Positions 38,168-52,100 of a stretch of 64,000 bases of DNA are shown one piece after another. Position numbers and translations under genes: made by a program. The notes beneath the pieces were generated by a model that made no database searches, was not told where the DNA came from, and was given only the letters and a program-made list of their open reading frames with translations. This DNA is from Nageia nagi. Its lineage: Eukaryota > Plantae > Pinophyta. The stretch lies in NCBI GenBank assembly GCA_050084985.1, contig JBITNC010000001.1:4030001-4094000 (forward strand), given 5' to 3'. Position 1 is the stretch's first letter, and every line of letters starts with the position of its first letter.

Positions 38168-39644
38168 ATAATTACTTCTTTGGGAAAATATTAGTTGCAG
38201 GATTTATGCTTATTTTGCTGATGGCTATCTTCACCTGATTGTTAATCAAGTTCATTCTAAAATATGTTTCGAGTACTTATCCGATACCTTACCCTTGAAA
38301 CTGACTGCTGAGGAAGGAAGCTTGAGGCATATTTTGAATCCGTTGTCTAATCTGTTAACTGTTTGAGGAGAACATATTTTCTTAGTTTTCAACATGCCTT
38401 TTCAGCTTTTTGTAATGGAGAACCAATTATTATTATATCTGTACATATATTCTTTTATTCTTTACTTTGAGATGTCAGTTGTCTAAGTAACAGTTGATTC
38501 TTTGATTCTTCTAAATGTAACAGTTTGGTTTACACTTCTTTAGAGACTGTTGGGCAAACACCCTAAAGAATTTCTTGAAGTCCCTTCATAATGAAAATTT
38601 GCATATTTGGATTCAACAATCTCACAAACTGCATTTCATGGTAAGGCTTAGCATACTATAGGATTTTTAAATTTTTTCATAATTTAAAATTTCAGTTTAA
38701 ATTCATGTGTATGTATATGAGACTAATAAAGCATTATAGTTGCTTAGAAAGTACAGCAGTTCCAGAGGAATTCCTTCCACATTTTACTATGGTTGGGAAA
38801 ATGGCGACTTGCATTCCTATGGAATTTTCTGAAGCTATAATAGGAAAATCTTGAAACCATTTGTTTCTTATCTGCTTTCACCCTCTGATTAATATCAGAA
38901 ACTCAGAACCCACATGACGGTACATACACAACTGATTAAAACAAGGTTGAAATAAAAGTTTATTTGTGGGAGGTAGAAAATTTGTAAATTTTGTATATGA
39001 AATAAAAAATTGTTATTTATTAAAAAATGTAAGATTTTTTTTTTATTAAAAATCTGAAGATTGCAAATAGTTCAGTGTATATATATTATTATGAAGAATT
39101 CTTAAGTATTTAAATTATTTTATAAAATTGAAATTGGAATTTGATATTAATATCTGCAAGTGATAAAGAATGGTTAATGAGATTTCAGAGAAGACACATA
39201 TAATAAGAGTAAGGAAGTGCTTAATGCAACTTCAACTTCTATCTGTAAGAGTGAAGTAAATAAAAAGAGAGTCAAAATATAACAATTATGAATTAGGCAG
39301 AGGCATAAATATGTCAATAAAGGGGCTCCATCAGCAGTTGAGGTCAAGCTTTTGATGAGAAAAAATATAGCTTTAGAAATTAAGTTATATTTGATATGTT
39401 AAAAAAATAAAATCTTCAAATATATCTTCACTTAAATTATGTTACAATTTTATTTTTTTCCATATAGAATGTATGATTAGTAAATCACTTATTCAATCAA
39501 TGTAAATGTATCGAACCAAAAAAAAGGATTCAACATGTCCTTCAAAAATGTTAATAATGTTTATTTTGAAATGAGTTACCTTTTCTTTAAATATATCTAA
39601 GGAAGTTCCAAATACTAAATATCAAATCTTAAGTGGATTATAAG

Positions 39645-42600
39645 TGCACCTTCATCTTCAACTCCATGAACTAACAAATGCTTAGAAGTGGTGATGAATC
39701 CTACCCGAACATGTGTCTTAGGAAAACAAGCCCATATGCTTCTCTAAAGCTAATCTCTAAATGATGTGTTATCTGATGATGTGGCCATCCAATGGTTAAC
39801 CGTAGCTTTGTGGGATTATCCCACATGCCAGGCTCTAATGCACCCTTGTCCATATAAGGTGTTCTCATCATCTAAAGCTTTGCCAATCATGGTTTTGAGC
39901 TACTGGCGTGTTCTACCCTACAAAAACTTCAGAGTTATGTAGGATGATTTGGGAACAATCCAGAGATGGGTGATGATTGGGATGTCTAAATGTTGCACCT
40001 TCATCTTCAACTGCACGTACTAATAAATGCTTAGAAGTGGTGACGAATCATACTCGAACATATGCCCTAGGAAAACAATCCCATCTACTTCTCTAAAGTT
40101 AATCTCTAAATGATGTGTTATTTGATGTTGTGACCATCCAACGGTTAGCCATAGGCCTTCAGGGATAATCCCACATGTGCTAGGCTCTAATGCACCCTTG
40201 TCCATATAAGGTGTTCCCACCACCTAATGCTTTGCCAATCATGGTTTTGAGTTATTGACATGTTCTCCTCTTCAAAAACTCCAAAGTTAAGCAAGATGAT
40301 GTGGGATCAATCTAGAGATGGGTGATCGGTTGGGATGTCTCGATGCAACTCCACGTACTAACAAATGTTTAGAAGTGGTGATGAACCCTACTTGGGCATG
40401 TGCCCTAAGGAAGCAACCCCATCTACTTCTCTAAAGTTAATCTCTAAATGATGTGTTATTTGATGATGTGGGCATCCAACGGTTAGCCATAGGCCTTGTA
40501 GGATTATCCCACACGCGTTAGGCTCTAATGCACCCTTGTCCATATAAGGTGTTCCCACCTCCTAAAGCTTTACCAATTGTAGTTTTGAGCTACCGATGCG
40601 TTCTCCCTTGCAAAAACTTCAGAGTTAAGCAGGATGATGTGAGAGCAATCTAGAGATGGGTGATCGACTAGGATGTCCCAATGTTGCACCTTCATCTTCA
40701 ACTCCACGTACTAACAAATGCTTAGAAGTGGTGATGAACCTTAATCGGACACATGTCCTCCCAAGAAAGCAACCCCATCTACTTCTCTAATGTTAACTCT
40801 AAATGATGTGTTATTCGATGTCATGGCCATCCAACGGTTAGCCGTAGGATTATCCTACATTCGCTAGGCTCTAATGCACCCTTGTCCATATAAGGTGTTC
40901 CCTCCACCTAAAGCTTTGCCAATCGTAATTTTGAGCTATTGACGCATTCTCCCACACAAAAATTCTAGAGTTAAGCAAGATGATGTGGGAGCAATCCAGA
41001 GATGGATGATTGGTTGGGATATCCTAGTGCTACATCTTCATCTTCAACTCCATGTATTAACAAATGCTTAAAAGTGGTGGCGAACCTTACTCGAACACAT
41101 GCCTCAGGAAAGTAGCCCCATCTACTTCTCTAAAATTAATCTCTAAATGATGTGTTATCTGATGATGTGGCCATCCAACGGTTGGTCGTAGGCCTTGTGG
41201 GATTATCCCACATGCGCTAGGGTCTAATGCACCCTTGTCCATATAAGGTGTTCCCACCACTTAAAGCTTTGCCAATCGTGGTTTTGAGCTACTGATGCAT
41301 TCTCCCTTGCAAAAACTCCATAGTTAAGTAGGATGTTGTGGGAGCAATATAGAGATGGGTGATTGATTAGGATGTCCCAATTTTGCACCTTCATCTTCAA
41401 CTCCATGTACTAACAATTGCTTAGAAGTGATGACAAACCCTACTCGGACATGTGCCTACAAAAGCAACCCCATCTATTTTTCTAAAGTTAATCTCTAAAT
41501 GATGTGTTATTTGATGATGTGGCCATCCAATGGTTAGCCGTAGACTTTGTGGGATTATCCTAGATGCGCTAGGCTCTAATGCACCCTTGTCCATATAAGG
41601 TTTTTCCACCACATAAAGCTTTGCCAATCGTGTTTTGGGCTACTAGCACGTTCTCCCCTACACAAATTCCAAATTTAAGTAGGATGATGTGAGAGCAATC
41701 CAGAGATGGGTGATCGGCTAGGATATATCGATGCTACACCTTCATCCTCAACTCTATGTACTAACAAATGCTTAGAAGTGATAAACCCTATCCAGACATG
41801 CGCCTTAGGAAAGCAGCCCCATCTACTTCTCTAAAGTTAATCTCTAAATGATGTGTTATTTGATGTCGTGGCCATCCAACGATTAGTTGTAGGTCTTGTG
41901 GGATTATCACACATGTGCTAGGGTCTAATGCACCCTTGTCCATATAAGGGGTGTTGCCAATCATGGTTTTGAGCTACTAGCGCGTTCTCCCCTTCAGAAA
42001 CTCCAAAGTTAAGTAGGATGATGTGGGAGCAATCTAAAGACGGAGGATTGACTAGGATGTCTCGATGCTGCACTTTCATATTCAACTTCACATACTAACA
42101 AATGCTTAGAAGTGGTGACGAACCCTACTCGAACATGTGCCCTAGGAAAGCAACCCATCAATTTCTCTAAAGTTAATCTCTAAATGATGTGTTATTTGAT
42201 GATGTGGCCATCCAATGGTTAGTATTAGGCCTTGTGGGATTATCTTACATGTGCTAGGCTCTAATTCACCCTTGTCCATATAAGGTGTTCCCACCACCTA
42301 AAACTTTGCCAATCATGGTTTTGAGCTATTGACACATTCTCACCTGCAAAAACTCCAAAGTTAAGCATGATGATGTGGAAGCAATCCAAAGATGGGTGAT
42401 CGACTGGGATGTCTCGATACTACACCTTCATCTTCAACTCCACATACTAACAAATGCTTAGAAGTGGTGACAAACCCTATTTGGACACATGCCCTAGGAA
42501 AGCAACCCCATCTACTTCTCTAAAGTTAATCTCTAAATGATGTGTTATTTGATGATTTGTCCATCCAACGGTTAGCCGTAAGCCTTGTGGGATTATTCCA

Positions 42601-42869
42601 CATGTGTTAGGCTATAATGCACCCTTGTCTATATAAGATGTTCCTACCACCTAGAGTTTTGTCAATGAGCTACTGGTGCGTTCTCCCTTACAAAAACTCT
42701 AGAGTTAAGTAGGATGATGTGAGAGCAATTCAGAAATGGGTGACTAGCTGGGATGTCCCAATGTTGCACGTTCATCTTCAACTCCACGTACTAACAAATG
42801 CTTAGAAGTGGTGACGAACCCTACCCGAACAAATGCCCCAAGAAAGTAGTCACATCTACTTCTCTAAAG
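39645..42869 (+). repeat. Tandem array, ~9 units of ~334-353 bp, each with a 5S-rRNA-derived internal promoter segment (Cassandra-LTR-like)
   Basis: Anchor GCTTAGAAGTG (with single-base variants) near 39680, 40029, 40367, 40720, 41066, 41419, 41770, 42104, 42456, 42800; each unit has AACTCC..AGTTAAGC...GAGCAATC...GATGGGTGA...GGGATGTCC...TGTTGCACC. Confidence 0.9.
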
Positions 42870-43049
42870 AGAACTCACAAGTGAAAACATTATAAAGAAA
42901 AACAATGGTTTAAATTTAAGATCATTTATCTTTAGTGAAAAAATTATAAAGAAAGATTGTTAGAAAAAGCCTACTATCAAATTAGTATTAGTTTTAGCAT
43001 CAAATTTGCATTGGCCTATTCATCAAATTAATGTTGAAAGTGTTTTTTT

Positions 43050-44651
43050 TTTTTTTTTAATTGTGTTTTGCATGAGAAAATTTACATGTCTCAACCTTTA
43101 GCTTTATTAAGGGAAGAAATGAGTATCTTGTTTGTAAACTTAAAATGACAATTTATGGTTTGAAACAATAACTAAAAGAGTGGTATTCTAAAATTAATGC
43201 CTTTTTCCTTTCTTATGATTTTGTTAGAAGTAAAGATGATCCTAATTTGTATATTAGGCACATAAGAAATGTTGTCATTGTGATTATTTTATATGTTGAT
43301 GATTTGATCATTACTTCAATTGATGCAATTCATGATACTAAATCCAAGTTAAATAAGTAAATTTCAAATGATGGATATAGGCTTATTGCAATATTTTTTG
43401 GGCATACAAATTTGGCAAACACCTAAAGGTGTTTTTATTTCACAACAAAAATATTCTAAAGTTCTTTTAATTAGATTTAACATGAATGATGCAAAGTGTG
43501 TTCCTAATCCTTTTGAATTGGGAACTCAATTGATGGTTGATATGAATACTCCTTTTGTTAATCCTAATATATATAGACAATTACTAGGAAGTCTTAATTA
43601 TTTAACTCATACAAGATCAAATATTTCTTTCAATGTTGGTTTAGTTTCTAGATATACTTCTAAACCACAACAAACTCATTTTTAAAGTCGCTAAGAGAAT
43701 TTTGAGATATATTAAAGGGACTTTGGATGTTGGAATTTTCTATAGTTGTGATATTTCTTTATATGGCTATACTAATTCCACTTTAGGAGATGATCCCAAT
43801 GATGAGAGATCCACTAGTGCCTATTATTTCTTTGATGGATTAAATACTGTCTCATGGCATACCAAGAAACAATAATCCAATTCAATTTGCTCAACAAAAG
43901 TCAAATATAAAGCTTGTACTCATGCATCTATAGAAGCTCTTTGGTTAAGAAGGGTACTTGAAGATTTGGAACTACCTCAAAAGGAGCCCACTCCATTGTA
44001 TTGTGATAAATAAAATAGTATTGCATTGTATAAGAATCTTTGATATCATGCAAGAACCAAGCACATTGCTTTACAACCTCACTTCATAAGAGAACAAGTT
44101 GAGGAAGGTACAATTTCACTTCTATATTGCAAAGGAGAAGATCAAGTGGCAGGCATCCTTACTAAAAGTTTTTGTAAAGATAAATTTGTTTGTTATTTTA
44201 ATAATTTATGATTGATCCCTATATGTAATGAGGCGAATGATATAAGTATCCCAAGTACATCTTAAAGGGGGGTGTTAGGAATACTTAATCTTTGCTTGGT
44301 TAGATTAATGTAAGAGAGAATATTTATTTCTTTGTATTTACTTTTTTTTTATTTGTAAGGGAAGATTTCAAAGGAATCCCTATAACTATTTTATTCTCTT
44401 ATGACCATCTTCACTTACGTATAAGGATGACTCGTCTGTAACTCCTCTTTTATTGACTTATGTGTTGCTCGCCTTATTAGTAAGGTGGCAATTCTAGAAT
44501 ATGGGAGTTGCTTTTTAACTCCTTTTCCTCATCTCTATTTATGAAGGTGCTCTCCATCCTTTCTCATCTAGTATTGTTTGTGATTCTCCTTTAAACAACA
44601 CTCTTAGATTAGTTTATTTTGGTCCTAATTTATTATATTATATTTCTAACC
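43050..44651 (+). mobile_element. Truncated Ty1/copia element: degenerate RT-RH plus 3' LTR (~44273-44651)
   Basis: YVDDL, LQYFLGIQI, YRQLLGSLNYLTHTR, HARTKHI motifs with stops; PPT AAAGGGGGG directly before TGTTAG at 44273. Confidence 0.85.
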
Positions 44652-44869
44652 AAAATAGAAGAAAGGTAGTCATTGAAGGTTGTTCCTTTTGGTTGCTGTT
44701 AATGTTTTTTTCTTCAATGTAATTTATTAAGTACTCTTGGGTAGAAAAGATGAAATATTTATATTAATGTTTAAAATTGGGTGGCTATAGATAAAAATAA
44801 CAAATAATATATTAAAATATGTACAATTATTCTTGTCTACAAGAGAAAATAGATTTATAGTAATATGTA

Positions 44870-45750
44870 TTATTAGAGATCTAAAGAAGATTTATTTGGA
44901 GGGTGAAAGATCGATAGTGTGTTGGTAGACAACTTTTGAGCTTTGAAGGCAAACCATAGTTGCAATGGGATGGCAAATCTACATGATTTTGGAGATGATT
45001 TTGTAAATGCTTATTTTAAGGATAATTCTAACTTTAGATTATGCTAAAGTGGTTGACTAGACATTCACATGCGATTCAAATAAGAGATACATAAAAAAAA
45101 GGAAGGTGAAAGAGTTTTGGTAGACAAATTTTGATCTTAGAAGGTAAACCATAGATGCAATGTGATAACAAATCTATATAATTTTAAATATGATTTTGAG
45201 CATGGTTCTACCTTTGGATGATGTTAAAGCTAGTATTCAAATCCAATACATAAAGCATTTGCATCAAAATGCCCATATTTTGGGATGATGATGCTAGAAC
45301 GTTGAACATTCTAGGTCAATATGCTAGAATATTAGGCATTTTGGGATGACATGCTAGAACCTTTTGCATTATGGAAAGGTGAATCATTCGGGTTGTATTT
45401 CTTTTAAGAAATGCAATTCAGTCTCTTTTAATGATCATGATTTTTCCATGATGATATAAGAGGGTAGATGACCAACGATGATAATTTTCTTCTTTTTCCC
45501 CTTATTTTTCTCTTGTAAAATGAATACTTGGTGATGCTTTACCTAAGCTTGAAAATTTTAACTTTAGATTCATCTAGATGGACCCATCCAAAATAAGAAC
45601 ATTATGCATTTAAGATAATGCTAACTTAGAGGATTAAACTTAAGTTAGCTTAGAATAATCACTAATGGGTCCAATTTATTTTGCATAATCAAATAAATCA
45701 CTCAAATAAATTCATTTTATATAGTTAAAATGCAATTTTATGTGTCTACA
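44870..45750 (-). repeat. Degenerate LTR fragment homologous to 11300-12059
   Basis: Shared sequence blocks and GTGTCTACA terminus. Confidence 0.55.
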
Positions 45751-46165
45751 TTTTTGCCAACATTTCATTATAGCTAACTTGAAACAATCACAAGGAAGGT
45801 TAGCCCAAATTGTAATATCATACTATCCTTTTAGTATAGTATTCAATCATCAAGAATCATATTAAATAAATATCTTTAACCAAGGTGGAAGATTATATAG
45901 CTGATCACAAAGATATCTCTATAATGCACACTAATAATCCACTACGTCGATTATAGTTGTAGAAAAAATATCAATCCATTATAGTAATTAGAATAAGTAC
46001 AATATTCAAATCATAAATATTTCATAAACAATTGATTATCCAAAAGGAATTATTTATCATGGACTTCTCACAAAAGCTACTATTACCTTACCCTGAAAGA
46101 TCATCAATTATAAATTCTAATAAGGGTAATATTATTCCTTGTCCTTCAAAAAATACCCTCAAGTT

Positions 46166-49100
46166 TGTTGAAAACTTAGCACATATCCTGAGGCAATTCA
46201 CTTATCTTTTGAGTTCAATTATCAGTTGGTACCTTGCATATCGGCTAAACAACTAGCCAACCAACCCCCAAATGCCAACTAGTCCTTAACCAACTGGTTA
46301 GACCTGTCCAACCGATATGCACCCTACTAGTTAGGCTATATTTGTAGTTCCTTGTAACTTCCAAGTCTTGAGGCATTTTTAGCTTTCTTGTGAAATTTTT
46401 ATTTTTTCTTCTAGCTCACACTGGAGTATACAACATGTGTAATTGTTCTTAGCATAAGTTATTAGGTTAGAATACTAGTAACTTAGTCTAGTTTACTTCT
46501 TACTATGTGTGTGTTACTATAGTTTATATTTTCCTACAACTCTCATCATTGAAGAGTTAACGAAGCTTCATTGCTAAATTTCATACATTGTAATTTGATC
46601 TTCTACATTAATTCAACTGTTCCAATTCAGTTTCACTTTATTGTTATTGTATCTCAACTCTAAGTTTGTTTATTTGAATTCATCATTTGGTATCAGAGCT
46701 TTGTTGGTTCTTAGTTGGGTTTGAGAAAGCTCATGGATTCTTGTAATTGTAAAGGTTTCTTGTAGAGTCTTGGTTTCTTTTTTTGCAGGTATAATGGCTA
46801 GCAACACAAGCTCATCAATTCCTATTCCAAAGTTTAATGGTAGTGATTATGGGTAATAGAACATTAAGATACAAACTTTGCTCATTGAAAAATATTTGTG
46901 GGACATTGTTGAATAAGGCTACACAAAGCCAACAAATTGGAGCACTCTTTTAGCAGATGAAAAGAAGGCTAAGAAGGAATGTATGAGAAAGAACTCTCTT
47001 TCCTTGTCTCACCTCCAAGCAACCATTGAAAAGAGTATTTTTCCTAGAATTATAGGTTGTAAGACAACCAAAGATGCTTGGAAAGTGTTGATAGAAGGCT
47101 TCTAAGGGAGAAACCAAGTTAAACAAGTGAATTTGCAAACTTTAAGAATAGGATTTGAGACTCTTAAGATGAAGGAAACCGAGGAAGCTTCAGATTACTA
47201 TGTTAGAGTGAAGGAGATTGTAAACAAGATGTTAACTCTTGGAGAGACCTTGGAAAAGGGAGTAGTGATTAAAAAAATTCTGAGATCTCTCACCAAGAAG
47301 TGGAATCACATTGATGTAATCTTGATGAAAACTAAATATCTCTCTCAAATGGAGATTGATACTCTCATTGGATCTCTTATGTCTCATGAAGAGATGATAG
47401 ATGATGAGCTAGTTCAGTATAGTAAAAAGGAGAAAGCCTTTGTTGCAAAAGAATGTGATTCAAGCTCAAATGGACATGGAAGATGAAGAGTTAGAAGCCA
47501 ACAAAGAGGGATAGGCAAAGGTAGAGGAGGAGGAGGCTCTTCACACACAAGAGGAAGAGGTAGAGACAATAGTGATAAGAGGAATGCTCAATGCTTTTGC
47601 TGCAATAAATATGGACATTATGAGAGGGAGTGTAGAGCAAAACAAGAAATCAATGATGAAGGAAGGGCAACAAATTATGGGGAGGAAGATGAGTATGATG
47701 AAACTCTCTTTCTTTCCATGGAAGAGATAGCCAATGTGGCTAAAACAAAATGTGAAGAAACTTGGTTGCTGGACATTGGTTTCTCAAACCATATAACCAA
47801 AAAGGAGGAGCTACTCTCCTCCATTGATCATTCCTATAGGTCAAAGATTAAGCTTGGTAATAATTCTGCAATAGATGTGGTTGGTAAAGGCATGCTTGTG
47901 GTGCCTACCAAGCATGGAATGAAGAAGGTGAACAATATATATCACACTTTGAATATGGCTCATAGTTTTCTTAGTGTTGGGAAGATTATGGAGCAAAACT
48001 ACAAGTTGGTTTTTGAAGATGGATAATGTGATATTTTTGACAAGAATAATGGGAACAAGCATGTTACTACTATTCACATGAATGCAAATTGATTATTTTT
48101 ACTAAAGCTTGGAGATAAAGGAGATAATATTATTGAAAATGACATGTATTGGTTGTGTCATCTTAGATTTGGCCACTTGAATTTTAATAACTTGAAGCTA
48201 TCTCATGATCTTGTTCATGTTTTGCCTCTTATTGAAGATCGAAAATCTGTTTATGAAGCTTATGTTTTGGGTAAGCAAGCAAGGCATAAATTTGATCATG
48301 GGAAAGCATGGAGGGCCTCATTCCCACTATAGTTGGTGCATACTAATTTATGTGGACCAATACAATCCAAAAGTATTGGTATGAATTCCTATTTCCTCAC
48401 TTTTATTGATGATTTTAGTCGAATGTGTTGAGTTTATTTTCTAAAACATAAAGATGAGGAATTTAGGTGTTTTAAAGAATTCAAGAAGTTGCTAAAAAAT
48501 GAGAGCGAATATAAAATAAAATCTATAAGAAGTGATAGAGGAGGAGGAGAGTATGCTTCTATTGAATCTTAAAGGAGAGAGGAAAAATGAAGTTCCTCAC
48601 CCAGGATGCAAGAGCCTAAAGAATATCACAAGAGCATAAAATATTACTCATAATGAATAAAATTATGGATTAATTATACATAAGGTACACCTTGCTTAAA
48701 TAGCAAGTGAAATGAATAATAGCCATATGATCAAAACAATATTGATCATTAAATTAAAACAACTCGATAATTATGACAACTAAGCATACCTACTAGTGAA
48801 CTTAAGATAATGTAAACCTAGATACCTAACTAGGTAATAAAGAAAATAATACTCTAACATCTCCCCTTAAGTGATACTAAGTAGGAGTGTAGATAGCTAA
48901 GAAAAGATGAGTCTTGAAAACTAGGCTTGATAAGGTACTCATGTACAAAGTGGCTAACACACAAACATGAAAAAACTCTCTTCTATAGATGATGAAAAAC
49001 CACATGGGAAAAAAACATCTTCTAGAAGGGGAAACAAAAATAAAGAAAGGTGGAGAGGAAGGTTTCCTCATCAACACCCCAAGGATAACTTCTATCACCT

Positions 49101-52100
49101 CAACTAAGTAAGATGATAAAAATACATCTATAATGATGATTCTTGAAGTACAATTACCAACAAGGGTGAGCTGAAAATGATCAATGTGATGTCCCCAAAT
49201 AATGTAGATACCTCATCACTGAAATGAATTTCTCCCATGGGGAAGAAATAAGCTAGAAGGTATACATAAAAAATCTTCCCAATTCAAGAAAGTATGAGGA
49301 GGGAACAACATCGAATCTGGTACTGGTAATGATAAGGGAAACTACGAATCATGTTGAAGAGAATATTTTGCCAACAAACCAGATAGTGATGGTGATGATA
49401 CTACAACCAAAGGATCACCATATGATGAGTCAAAAGACTCAATGTCCTACTACACATTAAAAGAACTTATGGAAGTAGTAAGAGAAGGAGAAAAAGAAAC
49501 CTCAACATAGTCTTCAAGATCTCTTAAAGAGAGTCCAATCAAAGATGGAAGTGGAGGAGACTTGAAATAGGTATCACAAAAATCTTATTGTAAGATAAAA
49601 GGAGCATGAAAAGGCTCCAACGAAGTAGTAGTTGAATGAGGAGAAGGTGGCTCATCTAGGAAAGGAAGGCTCACCACAATAATATCCTCAAAAGGATCAA
49701 CATGAGGAGATATATAAAATAAAGAGGTAAGCTCCTCATGAAGGTCAACAACATCAACAATGTGTGACTTTATAAAGAGAAGCAAAACCATCAATAATGT
49801 CTTCCAAAGTATCTAAAATAGAAATAAAAATATCCTACACCATAATATCTTCTCCCACATATGCCTCACTGATTGAATCTTTATGCATCAAGGAATCTTC
49901 ATCACAAGGTGAGAGAGCATCAAAGTATTCACAAACACGTGAGAAATATGTATGAGAAGTCATCTTGGAATAATCAAAAGATGGAAAAGTATCATGATAA
50001 ACACTATCAATAGTGTAGCAAAAGATAGAACACACATCATATATACTGGAATGCCAAATAAGCCACTCAATTATTTAAAAAATAAGTGCTGGAACTAGAC
50101 CAAGAAGAGTAAAAGATTACGATAGCAAAAGTACTCAACAAGGCTTTCATGCCAAGCATGATAGGAAACATGATTAACCAATGGAGTAATGGGATATGTA
50201 TGAGATTGCCATGGAAGATCCATCGAACTATGAAAGTCACTAAAGAAATTCCCTCCTAAATCCAAAGTATCTCACAAAATGAGAAGATAGGGTGAAGAAA
50301 GAACCATAAATGCAAGGATAGTCATGCTCAAAGTGACTTCTCATGCATAAAAAAGTGTGGTCTCCACCTATAAAAAACATGATGGGATGATAACAACTAG
50401 AATAGGAAATTGGGAGTTTATAATTTAGTCTATAACAATGTAGGATTGATCATAAAAAGCTTCCAATAGAATTTATCCCCCACCCCCCCCATAAATGTAA
50501 GCACTATCAAGATAATTAAATATGAAGTGACCCTCGACAATGTATGTCTTCTATGAAAAGAAATGTTTTCCATAAAAAATGCCTTTATAATTTAGGCATA
50601 CAACAAAATCTACTAAGTAGTACTTAGAGTTTGCTTTGTATAGGAAAAAATGACACTCAAAATAGAGTTCGTATGCAAAAGTTATGCAATTAATACAATT
50701 TAGGGCAAAAAAATTAAAATTTAAGGCCCCAAAACTTTAGAAAATTAATTAATTTAACTAATAATCTAATTTTGAAACTTCTGATTGAGATTTCGGGCAC
50801 TAAAGTGGACCAATGGGGGTCATAGTTGTAATGGAAACAATCGGCATAGAATGAGGAATGTTGTGAAAGTATTTATTCTAGAAAGTAGGACCTGGTGAAA
50901 GAGTAATCTTGAAAAATATGATTATTACACAAACTATTCAAATTAAATTGAAAACTAGATCTTCAAATGTTTGTAACTTCCTCAAATGAGCTCGAACTTA
51001 AGTGATATAAAAACTAAAATTGATCATCTTGAAAAAGGGTATCCATATATGGTCATAGAATTTGAAATTGATAAAAAATCATATAAAAAACATGCTGCTA
51101 CCTTGATGATATTTTTTGAGCTAGAAAAAAAAGTGTTGTTCATGAAAAGACATTCATGCTAGCAATAATACCCACTAAATGAATAATTTTTACATTAGTT
51201 GGAAGATGCGTGAGGTTGTGAGAAGGTAGAGAGAAAATAGAAAAGGACTACAATGTGAATGTAACGAGGAGGCTTGCCATTTATTAGAGTAGATCATAAA
51301 GTTGTGAGAAAAGCACCATGGAGTAGAAAAATGATGCCTTCACATAAGCTAGTTAGGGAGAGGGCCAAGAAGCCATCAAAGGGATCTGCAAGTAGATCCG
51401 ATGGATCTAAGGGTCTAAGGAGGTCAAAAGTCTCCATGATGTAGGAGAAAAAGAGCATAAGGAGTGAGGTCACACCCTAACCACGGAATCCTATACATAA
51501 TGCAAAGGAGAAACACCAACAAAAAGGATGTAAGATCTCATAAAGGAGAAGGAAAAAAAACTACAAAATGCAATTCTACCAATAAATCCATAGAGTTGAA
51601 ATGCTATGAGATAGCAATGCAAGGAGATTATCCACCATAATGAATACTCTACAAAATAAATAAAGGTTATGGGTATTAGTGGGATGCAAAAAAAGAGTCA
51701 GGAATATCTTTACAAAACTCAACTTGCTCTGGTACCATGAAAGGAGAGGAAAAACAAAGTTCCTCATCTAGGATGCAAGAGCCGAAAGAATATCACAAGA
51801 GCATAACAAGATTAATCACAATGAATAAAATGATGGATTAATTATACATAAGGTACACCTTGCTTAAATAGCAAGTGAAATGAATAATAACCACATCATT
51901 AAAATAATATTGACCATCAGATTAAAACAACTCGATAAGTATGACAACTAAGCACACCTACTAGTGAACTTAAGATAATGTCAACCTAGATACCTAACTA
52001 GGTAATAAAGAAAATAATACTCTAACATAATTTACTGATTTTTGCAAAGAAAATGGTATTAAGAGGTAATATACTATGACCTATAATTCTAAACAAAATG

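Noticed and set aside
40020-41627. Short minus-strand ORFs within the tandem array
   Set aside because: Different frames in different units, frequent stops, no protein motif
39645-42869. Functional 5S rRNA gene cluster or CRISPR-like array
   Set aside because: The 5' ~40 nt of 5S and the downstream oligo-T terminator are missing; whole units repeat with no unique spacers; eukaryotic context
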